The notes under the pieces were generated by a model. It was not told where the DNA came from. It did not search any database and saw only the letters and a list, made by a program, of their open reading frames with translations. Made by a program: the position numbers and the translations under genes. Below are positions 1-9,944 of a stretch of 32,000 bases of DNA, in pieces. Source of the stretch: Erysipelotrichaceae bacterium (GTDB lineage: Bacteria; Bacillota_I; Bacilli_A; Erysipelotrichales; Coprobacillaceae). The stretch is taken from assembly GCA_028698185.1 (NCBI GenBank), contig JAQVDW010000005.1, positions 69,441-101,440 of the forward strand. Direction: 5' to 3'. Position 1 is the first letter of the stretch. The number at the start of each line of letters is the position of its first letter.

Positions 1-798
1 AGTGTCCTGACAGCTGGCAGCTTCAAAACATCCACACCGGACAAGCTGTTCACCGGCTATTGCACAATCCTGATGTTTGTCGAATATCTTATAAAAATGC
101 AGCATGTCCTGGAAATTGATTCACATGAATATCAAGGGAAATATGACAGGATCAAAGATGCCATTACCTCCAAGTTCCAAAACAGCGACGGTTCTTTTGG
201 CGACGCGACCCAGACATCATATGCCTTTGCAATCGAAGCCAATCTAGGCGACATTGAAAATCTGGTCAATCAGTTAGTGGGAAAAATCGAAACTGATGAT
301 TATGTGATCAATGCCGGGATTTTTGGAATGGCGTTTATTTATGACATCCTGAACAAGCACCATTTCGATGAAGTGATCGAAAAATGGCTTAACCGGGAAG
401 AAGCACCTTCATTCAAGAATATGCTTGCCAAGGGGAGCAAGGTTCTTGAGGAGCAGTTCTTCAACAAATATTCATCATATAACCATGCGATGTTCTCAAG
501 CTATGTCCAATGGTATTACCAGGGACTAGGCGGCATCCGGGTCGAGCAAGATGCCATTGGCTGTGACAGCGTGTCAATCTGTCCGTATTTTTCCAAGCGG
601 GTCAATGACTACGAATGTTCCTTCGATTCACGACAAGGAATGTTTAGAGTAGCCTGGCAAAGAACCGGGGACCATGTTGAATGCACCATTGATTTGCCTG
701 AATGCCTGAACGATTGCCGGATAAATATCGGGGCAAGATATGAGGTTGTAAAGGAAAATCACAGCACCACCAGACATGCATATGTAATCAAGGATTAA
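1..798 (+). CDS. alpha-L-rhamnosidase (GH78-like), C-terminal portion; 5' end outside window
   Basis: Frame 1 has no stop from nt 1 to TAA 796-798, so the listed ATG at 73 is internal. SYNHAMFSSYVQWYYQGLGGI matches my recollection of the conserved NH..G.V..W.Y....GI region of bacterial rhamnosidases. The gene lies next to rha catabolic genes. Confidence 0.65.
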   Translation, partial: SVLTAGSFKTSTPDKLFTGYCTILMFVEYLIKMQHVLEIDSHEYQGKYDRIKDAITSKFQNSDGSFGDATQTSYAFAIEANLGDIENLVNQLVGKIETDDYVINAGIFGMAFIYDILNKHHFDEVIEKWLNREEAPSFKNMLAKGSKVLEEQFFNKYSSYNHAMFSSYVQWYYQGLGGIRVEQDAIGCDSVSICPYFSKRVNDYECSFDSRQGMFRVAWQRTGDHVECTIDLPECLNDCRINIGARYEVVKENHSTTRHAYVIKD

Positions 799-810
799 TA
801 ACAGACAAAT

Positions 811-840
811 GAAAAGATAACCAGGTTATCTTTTCATTTA
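811..840 (+). terminator. rho-independent terminator after the rhamnosidase gene
   Basis: GAAAAGATAAC (811-821) pairs with GTTATCTTTTC (825-835): perfect 11-bp stem, 3-nt loop, followed by ATTTA. Confidence 0.6.
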
Positions 841-869
841 CCCAAAATACATGAATTGAGGAAGAGAAA

Positions 870-2708
870 ATGAGAAAGAAGTTAATAACAACCGCAGTAT
901 CATCATTGATGGTGGCTTCACTGTTGTCTATGAACACGGTGAATGCTGCTGTCAATATTTTTTCACCAGCCAATGTAAGCGGTACTACTGCGAGCTATAA
1001 AGCGAGCGAGGCAGGATTCAAATCGATCTACAGCGACTTGCTCACTCCGACATATTATATCTTTGCCGGGGCCAGAACGGACCAGCAGGCCAACGAACTG
1101 ATTGATGAACTTGGCATGATGGCCAATATCGAAGAGTGGGCCAGCGATGTCAATGTCATTTCGCCATTGAACGGGACAGACTATACCCAAGCTGATATGG
1201 ATGCCTTCATCAATTCGGTGGGAATAGCGAGAAACGTCAAGGTCATCGGAATCGATACGGGGGCTACTTTCGTCAACAATTTCATCTCGCAAAACTGCTA
1301 CTTCGTCGCCGGAATCATGGTTTATGGCGGGGAAATGAATGAGGGACTGGACTACAATGTGGCGGTGCCGGCTTATCTAAGCAATCAGAGTGAAACTGCG
1401 GTCAACTATTACAAACAGGCCAATGGAACAGACTCAAATCAAAGCAATGAAGGCTATGAACTTGACAGCAACAAGGCGCATCCGCTCCAACAGGTGGGGA
1501 TTGCCAACGGTGAAGAAACCCTGGCTCAGGCTTTTGCGAATGCCTGGGATGCGGTTTTCTCAAAGAATTACCGCCACCATATCTCAACAACCGAATTCTA
1601 CAATATGCCAGTTACCGGGGTGAATTACGTAGGCAGCGTCCTGGAGAACGCCTTCGAACCTTACACTTTGGTGGAAATTCCGCAATTCGACGATCTGGGC
1701 ATAACTTACAACCAGATGTTCGATCAGCCGGTTTCGAATATGCCAGGAGCATACACCTGGTTTGAATACCTGCCTGAAGACACTCTGGCAAGTGCCGATG
1801 GATCGGTTCCTCTGGTTGTGACTCTTCATGGCAACCAGAATGATCCGCGCCTGCAAGGTGATGCATCGGGATGGGTTGAACTGGCGGCTCAGGAAAATTT
1901 CATGGTTGTTTCACCGGAATATCAGGACAAGAGCGAAAACAACTTTTTTGGCGGTGACGGTCTTGGTGATGAAGGGCTGTACAACCTGATCAAGGATCTG
2001 GAAGTCAAGTATCCCCAAATCGATTCTTCAAGAATCTACGTTACCGGTCTTTCTCAAGGCGGGGCCAAGTCATCGCTGCTTGGCATCAAATACAGCGATG
2101 TCTTCGCGGCGGTCGGAGTGGTTTCCGGAGTCAATGTCTACAATGATGAAATTCAAAGTCTCGTGGCCGATTACCAGGGCAATCAGACGGCATACCTTTA
2201 CATGTGCGGGGATCACGACTTCTTCCAAATGATTCCAGTCGATGGTTCAAGCACCCATGGATTAACTGAACTGACTAATGGCGAAGCCAATATCTGGCAA
2301 CTGGATCCCAACACCCATATCTACCCGGCTCTTCAGGCTTATCAAAAAATCAACGGCCTGGCAGTGACTGAAATGGATATGTCAGCCAACAGCTATTACG
2401 GTATGGCTCTTGACAACTGGCATGATGAAACGTTGGGCGACAAGACAATGCATGTTGGAACCCTGTCAAACGACAAAGGTGTGGTGATGAAGCTGGCAGC
2501 CGTGGAAAACCTGGCACACTGGAACTATAAACCAGAAGCAGCCTACATCTGGGATTTCTTCAACAACTATCAAAGAGACATGGTAACAGGTGAGCTGGTG
2601 CTTGTCAAAAACGACAGCAATTCAATCAGTCCATTCGTCATTGTCGGTGGTATGGCGGTGATCGGTGTGGCAATCTACATTGTTATCAAAAGGACGAAAA
2701 AAGCTTGA
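870..2708 (+). CDS. secreted, C-terminally membrane-anchored serine esterase (PHB-depolymerase/feruloyl-esterase-type alpha/beta hydrolase)
   Basis: GAGGAAG RBS precedes the ATG. N-terminal signal peptide MRKKLITTAVSSLMVASLLSMNTVNA. Block LVVTLHGNQND...VSPEYQ...IYVTGLSQGG contains a GxSxG nucleophile elbow. C-terminal hydrophobic helix plus KRTKKA tail, with no LPXTG. Confidence 0.8.
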   Translation: MRKKLITTAVSSLMVASLLSMNTVNAAVNIFSPANVSGTTASYKASEAGFKSIYSDLLTPTYYIFAGARTDQQANELIDELGMMANIEEWASDVNVISPLNGTDYTQADMDAFINSVGIARNVKVIGIDTGATFVNNFISQNCYFVAGIMVYGGEMNEGLDYNVAVPAYLSNQSETAVNYYKQANGTDSNQSNEGYELDSNKAHPLQQVGIANGEETLAQAFANAWDAVFSKNYRHHISTTEFYNMPVTGVNYVGSVLENAFEPYTLVEIPQFDDLGITYNQMFDQPVSNMPGAYTWFEYLPEDTLASADGSVPLVVTLHGNQNDPRLQGDASGWVELAAQENFMVVSPEYQDKSENNFFGGDGLGDEGLYNLIKDLEVKYPQIDSSRIYVTGLSQGGAKSSLLGIKYSDVFAAVGVVSGVNVYNDEIQSLVADYQGNQTAYLYMCGDHDFFQMIPVDGSSTHGLTELTNGEANIWQLDPNTHIYPALQAYQKINGLAVTEMDMSANSYYGMALDNWHDETLGDKTMHVGTLSNDKGVVMKLAAVENLAHWNYKPEAAYIWDFFNNYQRDMVTGELVLVKNDSNSISPFVIVGGMAVIGVAIYIVIKRTKKA

Positions 2709-2744
2709 CAATCAAATAACAAGGTGGATAACAACCCTTGAATC

Positions 2745-2777
2745 CAAAACCCTTGCATGCAAGGGTTTTGAATTTGT
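2745..2777 (+). terminator. hairpin terminator after the esterase gene
   Basis: Perfect 26-nt palindrome CAAAACCCTTGCATGCAAGGGTTTTG (2745-2770) followed by AATTTGT. Confidence 0.55.
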
Positions 2778-2835
2778 CTGGGCTGTAAATTATGGTATAA
2801 TGCGATTACAAGGCAGTTATGAAAGAGGTGGCAGC

Positions 2836-3807
2836 ATGATTTCACAAGATATCCTGGAGAAGCTGATCTGTTTTACAGATGAGGAGATCGACAATCTCAA
2901 CAAGAAGAACACCATCGACTACAGCATCTTCGAAAGCGAAGATTCCAATGTCATCGATGCGGCCAAGATTCTTGAAAACGGGGCTCAGCTGGCCATCCGC
3001 AAGCATGCCCGGTTCATGGAATATCCCAAACACCGCCACAACTATCTCGAGTTGATGTATGTGTACAGCGGCAAGATGACCCACCATATTGAAAACAAAG
3101 CCATCGTCATCAACCAGGGCGAACTGCTGCTGCTCAACCAGAATATCGAGCATTCGATCGAGTATTGCAATGAGGACGATATCATCTTCAATTTCATCAT
3201 CAGACCGGATTTCCTTGAGTTTTTGGCAACGATGATCGAGGATGAAAATGAAATCAACCAGTTCATCTTCAATGCCCTCTATTCCAGTGCCAATAATGGC
3301 GAGTATCTGGTTTTCAAGGTTGCCGAAATCGAAAAGATCAAGGATGATGTCGAGTCGATAATTACCTCGCTATATCAGGGCGCAACGACGACCTTGACCC
3401 TCAAGCTGCTGGTCGGCCTGCTTTTAAGCGATCTGATGTATTATCCCGAGACAATCGAAACCTACAGCGCCAACAGTTTCGATTTGGTTGTTCTTAGCGG
3501 CATCTACAAATACATCGAAACCAACTACCAGAAGGCCTCGCTAGGTGAGCTTTCCAGGAAGATAAACCAGCCCGACTACAAGATCTGCAAGATTGTCAAG
3601 AAGATGACCGGCAAGACGTTTAAGGCGCTGGTCCAGGAGGTCCGGCTCAACAAGGCGGCCAGCCTGCTCAAAACGACCAATTTGCCGGTTTCGTCAATCA
3701 TCAATGAAGTCGGTTACGACAACATGACTTACTTTTATCGGATTTTCGGCGATAAATTCAAGCAAAAGCCGAATGAATACCGGATTGGCAGCAAACCAAA
3801 CAAGTGA
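2836..3807 (+). CDS. AraC family transcriptional regulator (cupin sensor + HTH), probable rhamnose-locus regulator
   Basis: I prefer the ATG at 2836 (MISQDILEKL), preceded by GAAAGAGGTGG. The longer ORF from 2665 would run through the upstream terminator. The C-terminus (EVGYDNMTYFYRIFGDKFKQKPNEYR) is a typical AraC HTH. It sits directly upstream of rhaBAD. Confidence 0.85.
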   Translation: MISQDILEKLICFTDEEIDNLNKKNTIDYSIFESEDSNVIDAAKILENGAQLAIRKHARFMEYPKHRHNYLELMYVYSGKMTHHIENKAIVINQGELLLLNQNIEHSIEYCNEDDIIFNFIIRPDFLEFLATMIEDENEINQFIFNALYSSANNGEYLVFKVAEIEKIKDDVESIITSLYQGATTTLTLKLLVGLLLSDLMYYPETIETYSANSFDLVVLSGIYKYIETNYQKASLGELSRKINQPDYKICKIVKKMTGKTFKALVQEVRLNKAASLLKTTNLPVSSIINEVGYDNMTYFYRIFGDKFKQKPNEYRIGSKPNK

Positions 3808-3905
3808 ATCGATATAACCTGATTGCAAATCAGGTTAATAAATAAGACAACCCACGACATTACAAAACGGGCTGTTTTTTTTTATACTTGTTTTGAGGTG
3901 AGAAT

Positions 3906-5282
3906 ATGAATTATTATCTGGCAATCGATATCGGCGCATCCAGCGGCCGGCATATCCTGTGCAGCCTGCAAGATGACAAACTGGTCCTGGAAGAAGTATA
4001 TCGGTTTTGCAACAATGTAGTTAAAAAAGAAGGTCATTATCATTGGGATATCGACAATCTCTTTGATCAGATCAAAACGGGTTTGAAGGAATGCAAGAAA
4101 GTGGGCAAGATCCCCAAGACAATGGCGATCGACACCTGGGCGGTTGATTATGCCCTGCTTGATAAAAGCGGCCAGGCTATCAACGGGGTTTACGCCTATC
4201 GGGATTCCCGCAACGATAAGGGGGTCAAATCAATCCAAAGCAAGATCGCTCCAGAAAAGCTTTACGGACTGACCGGACTCCAGTTCCAAAAGTTCAACAC
4301 CATCTATCAGCTTTCAAGCGAAGATGACAGGGCTAAAAAGGAAGCATGTGATTTCCTGATGGTTCCCGACTATCTCAACTATCTCCTTACCGGAGAAATG
4401 GCAAACGAGTACACCAACATGTCGACAACCCAGCTGCTCGACATCAAGACCAATAAGCTTGATGAAAGCCTGGTGGAACTGACGGGATTCAATCCGGACA
4501 TCTTCAAGAAGATGGTGATGCCTGGGACCAAGCTGGGCCACTTTGCTAAGGACATTGCCGGCGAAGTTGGTTTTGACTGCGAAGTTGTCGTTCCGGCAAC
4601 CCATGATACCGGCAGCGCCTATATGGCGGCTATCGAAGCCAACAGCATCATCCTTTCATCGGGAACCTGGTCGCTGCTGGGCATCGAGAGCTTGGAGCCG
4701 ATTGTCAATGAGGCGGCCCGGTTGGCCAACTTCACCAATGAGGGCGGCTACAATTACCGTTACCGGTTCTTGAAAAACATCATGGGGCTCTGGATCATCC
4801 AGGAAGTAGCCCGAGAGTACCATGGCGAATACGGTTTTGGCCAGCTGGTCGAAATGGCAAGAAAAGAGCCGTTTAAAGGGATCTTCGATGTCAATGCCGA
4901 CCGCTTCTTGAAGCCGGAAAACATGATTGAAGAAATCATTGCCTACTTCAAGGAACGCGACCAGGCCTGTCCCAAAACCGCAGGCGAAATCGCCTATTGT
5001 GTCTACAATTCCCTGGCGTACTGCTACAAAGAGGCCATCGAGGAATTGGAAGCAATCACCGGCAATGAGTATGGAACAATCAATATCATCGGCGGTGGAT
5101 GCCAGAATATCCTGCTCAATGAGATGATTGCGGCCACCTGCAATAAGAGGGTCGTGGCTGGTCCAATCGAGGCAACGGCATTGGGCAATATCCTTTCACA
5201 GCTAATCAGTGATGGTGTGGTCAACTCGCTTGAGCAAGGCCGTAAGCTGATCCGGGATTCATTTGAAATTAAAACATACTAG
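3906..5282 (+). CDS. rhaB: rhamnulokinase
   Basis: FGGY-kinase N-terminus AIDIGASSGRH. Blocks GIDTWAVDY, YRDSR, NEYTNMSTTQL, SSGTWSL, FLKNIMGLW and IGGGCQN align with E. coli RhaB as I recall it. GAGGTGAG RBS. Confidence 0.93.
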   Translation: MNYYLAIDIGASSGRHILCSLQDDKLVLEEVYRFCNNVVKKEGHYHWDIDNLFDQIKTGLKECKKVGKIPKTMAIDTWAVDYALLDKSGQAINGVYAYRDSRNDKGVKSIQSKIAPEKLYGLTGLQFQKFNTIYQLSSEDDRAKKEACDFLMVPDYLNYLLTGEMANEYTNMSTTQLLDIKTNKLDESLVELTGFNPDIFKKMVMPGTKLGHFAKDIAGEVGFDCEVVVPATHDTGSAYMAAIEANSIILSSGTWSLLGIESLEPIVNEAARLANFTNEGGYNYRYRFLKNIMGLWIIQEVAREYHGEYGFGQLVEMARKEPFKGIFDVNADRFLKPENMIEEIIAYFKERDQACPKTAGEIAYCVYNSLAYCYKEAIEELEAITGNEYGTINIIGGGCQNILLNEMIAATCNKRVVAGPIEATALGNILSQLISDGVVNSLEQGRKLIRDSFEIKTY

Positions 5283-5294
5283 AGGAGAATAGAG

Positions 5295-6554
5295 ATGGAT
5301 TTTGAAAAAAGATATCAAGAAGCAAAAGAAGTGTATGCGACTTTAGGCATCGATGTCGATGGAGCGTTGGAAAAATTGGATAATTTCCCGATTTCAATGC
5401 ACTGCTGGCAAGGTGATGACGTGGTCGGATTTGACGGGGCAGGTGCTCTTAGCGGTGGAATCCAGACAACTGGAAACTATCCCGGAAAAGCGACAACTCC
5501 CGAGCAACTGATGGGAGACATCGACAAGGTTTTTTCACTGACACCGGGAAAAAAACACCGGATCAACCTTCACGCCTGTTATGCGATTTTCCAGGAAGGT
5601 CAATGGGCTGACCGTGATCAACTTGAACCAAAACACTTCCAGGCTTGGGTTGACTATGCCAAACAAAGAGGGCTGGGACTGGATTTCAATCCGACTATCT
5701 TCTCCCATCCAAAAGCGACAGGGTTGACTCTGTCTTCACCGGATAAGGAAATCCGCGATTTCTGGATCAGACACAGCCAGGCCTGCATTAGAATCAGCGA
5801 ATATTTCGCAACTGAACTGGGCACACCTTGTCTGATGAATATCTGGATTCCCGATGGTTTGAAGGATATCCCCGGTGACCGGATGGCACCACGAAGAAGA
5901 TTCAAGGAATCGTTGGATGAGATCCTGTCAATCGATTATGACAAGGAAAAAGTTCTTGTATGTCTGGAATCGAAGGTGTTTGGAATCGGGATGGAATCAT
6001 ACACCGTCGGATCATCGGAGTTCACCTTGAACTATGCCAAGAGTGCGGGAATCACTCCATTGATGGACAACGGCCACTATCACCCGACCGAAGTCGTTTC
6101 CGACAAACTTTCGGCAATGCTGCTGTTCAATGACAAAGTGGCTCTTCACGTGACTCGTCCGGTACGTTGGGACAGTGACCACGTAGTCCTGTTCGATGAT
6201 GAAACAAAAGAAATCGCCAAGGAAATCGTCAGAAATGATGCCATGGAACGGGTTCTTGTCGGGCTTGACTTCTTCGATGCGAGCATCAACCGCATATCGG
6301 CTTGGACTGTTGGGATGCACAACATGCAAAAGGCGATGCTCAACGCCTTGTTGACACCACACGCGCAGCTGGCAAAACTGCAGGATGAAGGCAACTTCAC
6401 GAAAATCATGGCGATCCAGGAAGAGCTGAAGACTTATCCATTCGGTGATGTATGGAACTACTACATGGCCAAAAACAATCTGCCATCATATCTTGACTGG
6501 TTCAAAGAGATTGAACAATATGAAACAGATGTATTATCGAAAAGGGGACAATAG
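5295..6554 (+). CDS. rhaA: L-rhamnose isomerase
   Basis: [46 protein letters not shown] and [12 protein letters not shown] are near-identical to E. coli RhaA blocks. Confidence 0.95.
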   Translation: MDFEKRYQEAKEVYATLGIDVDGALEKLDNFPISMHCWQGDDVVGFDGAGALSGGIQTTGNYPGKATTPEQLMGDIDKVFSLTPGKKHRINLHACYAIFQEGQWADRDQLEPKHFQAWVDYAKQRGLGLDFNPTIFSHPKATGLTLSSPDKEIRDFWIRHSQACIRISEYFATELGTPCLMNIWIPDGLKDIPGDRMAPRRRFKESLDEILSIDYDKEKVLVCLESKVFGIGMESYTVGSSEFTLNYAKSAGITPLMDNGHYHPTEVVSDKLSAMLLFNDKVALHVTRPVRWDSDHVVLFDDETKEIAKEIVRNDAMERVLVGLDFFDASINRISAWTVGMHNMQKAMLNALLTPHAQLAKLQDEGNFTKIMAIQEELKTYPFGDVWNYYMAKNNLPSYLDWFKEIEQYETDVLSKRGQ

Positions 6555-6555
6555 A

Positions 6556-7383
6556 ATGAATATATTGGAATTGGAATTTATCAAAGGATTCATCCGGATG
6601 TGCGACGACGGGTTCAACCAGGGCTGGCATGAACGCAACGGCGGGAACCTGACTTACCGAATCAAGGCTGAAGAGATTGCAAAAACAGCAGGAATGCTTG
6701 ACGAATCCAAGGAATGGGTGGCCATCGGTACCGAAGTGCCTAGCCTGGCTGGGGAGTACTTCCTGGTTACCGGTTCGGGAAAATATTTCCGCAACGTGGC
6801 TCTTGCTCCTGAAACAAATATCGCGATCATCAAAATCGATGATACCGGAACAAAATACCAGCTGCAATGGGGTCTTGTCGATGGCGGGAAACCGACAAGC
6901 GAGCTGCCATCACATCTGATGAACCATGCGGTCAAAAAGGCGGCATCAAACGGTAAACATCGGGTTATCTACCATGCCCACACGACCAATGTGATCGCCC
7001 TGACTTTCGTATTGCCTTTGCGTGATGAAGTTTTCACTCGGGAACTTTGGGAAATGGCTACGGAATGTCCGGTTGTCTTCCCAGGGGGAATCGGAATGGT
7101 TCCTTGGATGGTGCCTGGAGGCAAAGCAATCGCTGTGGCAACCTCTAAACTGATGGAAAAATACGATGTGGCGATCTGGGCTCATCACGGGATGTTCTGC
7201 TCAGGTGAGGATTTCGATCTGACTTTTGGTCTGATGCATACGGTTGAAAAATCGGCGGAAATCCTGGTTAAAGTACTGTCAATCCAGCCAACCAAGCTCC
7301 AAACTATCCAGGCCGATGAGTTCCGCGAATTGGCTAATGATTTCAATGTCAATTTGCCTGAAGAATTTCTGTTTGAAAAATAG
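6556..7383 (+). CDS. rhaD: rhamnulose-1-phosphate aldolase
   Basis: Start ATG 6556, 1 nt after the rhaA stop, with an AAAGGGGA RBS. GWHERNGGNLTYR, VTGSGKYFRNV, TSELPSHL, TECPVVFPGGIGMVPWMVPG and TVEKSAEILVKV match E. coli RhaD. The ORF-track start at 6445 lies inside rhaA. Confidence 0.93.
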   Translation: MNILELEFIKGFIRMCDDGFNQGWHERNGGNLTYRIKAEEIAKTAGMLDESKEWVAIGTEVPSLAGEYFLVTGSGKYFRNVALAPETNIAIIKIDDTGTKYQLQWGLVDGGKPTSELPSHLMNHAVKKAASNGKHRVIYHAHTTNVIALTFVLPLRDEVFTRELWEMATECPVVFPGGIGMVPWMVPGGKAIAVATSKLMEKYDVAIWAHHGMFCSGEDFDLTFGLMHTVEKSAEILVKVLSIQPTKLQTIQADEFRELANDFNVNLPEEFLFEK

Positions 7384-7397
7384 GAGGGGGAACAAAG

Positions 7398-8555
7398 ATG
7401 TCAAAAAGATTTATATTAAACGAAACCAGCTACCATGGTAGCGGTGCAATCAAGGAAATTGTAAGCGAAGCAGTTTCCCGTCAATTCAAAAAAGCCCTTA
7501 TTGTCACTGACAAGGACCTGGTGAAATTCCAGGTGGTCAAAAAAGTCACTGACCTGTTGGACGAGGCGGGACTGGCATACGAGATTTTCGACGAAGTCAT
7601 GGCCAATCCGACCATCGAACTGGTTACCAATGGAGTCGCTGCCTTCAAAAAAAGCGGGGCCGACTACATGATCGCCATCGGGGGCGGGTCACCTCAGGAT
7701 GCGGCCAAGGCGATCGGAATCATCATCAACAATCCAGAATTCGCCGATGTGAGATCTTTGGAAGGAGTGGCGCCGACCAAAAACAAATGCGTTCCGATTA
7801 TTGCAGTGGCAACGACAGCTGGAACCGCAGCCGAAACGACAATCAACTACGTCATCACCGACGTCCAAAACAAGCGCAAGTTCGTCTGCGTCGATGTCCA
7901 TGACATCCCGGTTGTGGCGATCGTTGATCCGGACATGATGGCTTCGATGCCAAAAGGACTTACTGCGGCTACCGGCCTTGATGCCTTGACTCATGCGATT
8001 GAAGGGTATACGACTCTAGGAGCGTGGGAACTCGCTGATACTCTCAATCTTAAAGCGATCGGACTGATTGCAAGAAGCCTGGAAGCAGCCTGCCAGAACG
8101 ATCCCAAAGGTCGAGAAGACATGGCTTTGGGTCAATATATGACCGGAATGGCTTTCTCGAACGTGGGACTGGGTGTGGTCCATGGGATGGCTCATCCACT
8201 AAGCGCATTTTACGACACGCCTCATGGCATCGCCAATGCCGTGCTGCTTCCTTACGTGATGGAGTACAACAAGGACTTCACCGGTTCGAAATTCAGGGAA
8301 ATCGCCAGAGCGATGGGTGTGAGTGGTGTCGACGCCATGAGCGAAGCACAGTACAAGCAAGCAGCTATCGATGCTGTTGTCACATTGTCTAAAAACTGCT
8401 CAATTCCTCAGACCTTGAGGGAAATCGGTGTCAAGGAAGAAGACCTGGAAGCCTTGAGCGAAGCGGCTATGGCCGATGTGTGCACCGGGGGTAATCCGCG
8501 TCCTTGCCAAAAGAGCGAAATCCTGGATCTATATAAAAAAGCATATAACGGTTGA
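7398..8555 (+). CDS. fucO: lactaldehyde reductase (L-1,2-propanediol oxidoreductase), Fe-dependent ADH family
   Basis: ILNETSYHGSGA, GGGSPQDAAKAIGIIINNPEFADVRSLEG, TTAGTAAETTINYVITD, GLGVVHGMAHPL and DVCTGGNPR closely follow E. coli FucO. TAGGAGGGGG RBS. Confidence 0.9.
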   Translation: MSKRFILNETSYHGSGAIKEIVSEAVSRQFKKALIVTDKDLVKFQVVKKVTDLLDEAGLAYEIFDEVMANPTIELVTNGVAAFKKSGADYMIAIGGGSPQDAAKAIGIIINNPEFADVRSLEGVAPTKNKCVPIIAVATTAGTAAETTINYVITDVQNKRKFVCVDVHDIPVVAIVDPDMMASMPKGLTAATGLDALTHAIEGYTTLGAWELADTLNLKAIGLIARSLEAACQNDPKGREDMALGQYMTGMAFSNVGLGVVHGMAHPLSAFYDTPHGIANAVLLPYVMEYNKDFTGSKFREIARAMGVSGVDAMSEAQYKQAAIDAVVTLSKNCSIPQTLREIGVKEEDLEALSEAAMADVCTGGNPRPCQKSEILDLYKKAYNG

Positions 8556-8647
8556 TCGGCTGCCATGATTGACCTTATCCTCCAATAATATTGATCACCT
8601 GCGGCTATACCATTTTTGATTTTACAACACTACCACGAATATTATCC

Positions 8648-8672
8648 GACCGTGCCATAAGCACGGTCTTTT
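8648..8672 (+). terminator. rho-independent terminator of the rha operon
   Basis: GACCGTGC (8648-8655), loop CATAA, GCACGGTC (8661-8668), then TTTT. Confidence 0.75.
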
Positions 8673-9030
8673 CGCCAAATGTAAAATTGCAGTCAATGAC
8701 CTGAGTGGAAAAGGTAATTAGAAACGAAACAGAAGGAAAGATAAGATTTTTATGGAAAAATTTCAAGTTAGATTCAATTCCGTAGAGGGATTTGGAGCAG
8801 ATAATATCTGTTAAGCTAAGCACAAGGCACTCCGCTATCTAATCAATATCTGTATGCTAATATTCTAGGCTGAGAAGATAACCAATGTCAATTACGAATT
8901 CCATGCAAAAGAGCGAGCGGAAAAGGATTGTATTATTGGAAGTTATTTTTTCCATAGTAATGCAGTATCCAAGTATACACATAAATGTAGTAAAAACCTA
9001 TATCTTGCATGTAAACATCTCAAGACCTCA

Positions 9031-9049
9031 GTACAATGCAATTGTGCCT
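9031..9049 (-). repeat. copy of the AGGCACAA(W)T(W)TGTAAC motif, minus orientation with a 2-nt insertion
   Basis: The reverse complement reads AGGCACAATTGCATTGTAC. Its first 10 nt are identical to the copy at 9855-9864. Confidence 0.6.
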
Positions 9050-9086
9050 GGTTGATGACAGTCGTTAAATCGTAATTTCTCCTTAC

Positions 9087-9138
9087 AGAAAATAAAAGTA
9101 GGCACAAATTTGTAACTATCACTACAAACTTATGCCTA
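9087..9138 (-). terminator. terminator of the minus-strand gene 9162-9788; its stem is built from two motif copies
   Basis: TAGGCACAAATTTGTA (9099-9114) pairs with TACAAACTTATGCCTA (9123-9138), 14 of 16 positions, 8-nt loop. On the minus strand the hairpin is followed by CUUUUAUUUUCU. Confidence 0.6.
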
Positions 9139-9161
9139 TAACATTTGAAATATTCGGAATG

Positions 9162-9788
9162 CTATTTTTTTGTGATTTTCAGATCTTTGAAATATGCTTC
9201 GGTGCCGATTTCCGACCAAAGTCCGATTCCTCCGGTCGCATCGCTGCCATGGAACATGTCGTTGACAATCAGGGCCGGCTGGGATGCGTTGTTGACAAAA
9301 AGTAGGGCTTTTGAACCTTCGACTTCGATTTTCAAATCAATCCAGGCTTCAAATTCCATGTCCGCATAGGCTTCATATTTGCCCGCGGCAATCTCGCGCA
9401 ATCTGTCATATTTGTATTCCGGATATGAATAGTATTGGATTGAATGGTTGCGGCGCAGCTGGTCATCGCAGCGGGCGTTCAGTGGCCGGACGTAAATCGA
9501 TTCATAAGCGGTATTGGCAGAGTTGATGCGAAATGCCACTCCTAAAAAGCCACGGGCATGAGCGGGAGCGTCTTTCAACAGGCGGCTGAACACTTTGACT
9601 TCGATGATGCCATCATGGAAATCATCGCTACCATTGAATCGGGCGTAGGTCGGTTCATCGTCTTTGATGACTTCCGGGCTTTTCAATACTTTCAATACCG
9701 GGTCGCCATCGAGCGGTGTTTCTTCGACTGTGGAATTGACAGCGGTGAAATATTCAAGTGTCATTGGGATAAAATCAGTTTTGTTCAT
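9162..9788 (-). CDS. hypothetical cytoplasmic protein, possibly a concanavalin-A/LamG-like beta-sandwich (weak call)
   Basis: I prefer the second ATG (9788), which lies 6 nt after AGGAGA; the first ATG (9794) abuts the SD. No signal peptide. The pattern GFLGVAFRI...IYVRP...WIDLKIEVEGSKALLFVNN...GGIGLW suggests a jelly-roll fold. No recognisable catalytic motif. Confidence 0.6.
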   Translation of the reverse strand: MNKTDFIPMTLEYFTAVNSTVEETPLDGDPVLKVLKSPEVIKDDEPTYARFNGSDDFHDGIIEVKVFSRLLKDAPAHARGFLGVAFRINSANTAYESIYVRPLNARCDDQLRRNHSIQYYSYPEYKYDRLREIAAGKYEAYADMEFEAWIDLKIEVEGSKALLFVNNASQPALIVNDMFHGSDATGGIGLWSEIGTEAYFKDLKITKK

Positions 9789-9824
9789 TTGCATTCTCCT
9801 TTGTTTTTCATGATCACACTATAG

Positions 9825-9852
9825 ATTATAGCATCATAAAAAAGGATGTAAA
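9825..9852 (-). promoter_or_regulatory. candidate sigma-A promoter for the 9162-9788 gene
   Basis: On the minus strand: TTTACA (9852-9847), 16-nt spacer, TATAAT (9830-9825). One motif copy (9855-9871) lies directly upstream. Confidence 0.4.
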
Positions 9853-9854
9853 TA

Positions 9855-9944
9855 AGGCACAATTTTGTAACTGTGGAATTTTTTGAAATAAGTCGTTTCA
9901 AATCGAGATTCAAATTAAGTTCTCTTGGTTACATATTTGTGCCT
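9855..9944. repeat. inverted pair of the 17-nt motif in the divergent promoter region
   Basis: AGGCACAATTTTGTAAC (9855-9871) and GTTACATATTTGTGCCT (9928-9944; reverse complement AGGCACAAATATGTAAC) are identical at 15 of 17 positions with a 56-nt spacer. Confidence 0.8.

Noticed and set aside
3816-3836. Palindrome AACCTGAT-TGCAA-ATCAGGTT after the AraC gene, considered as a terminator or operator
   Set aside because: No T-tract follows, so it is not a convincing terminator. AraC-type regulators usually bind direct repeats, so I cannot assign it a function with confidence.
8605-8823. 72-aa minus-strand ORF in the gap after fucO
   Set aside because: It spans the rha operon terminator hairpin, has no SD and is AT-rich and low-complexity.
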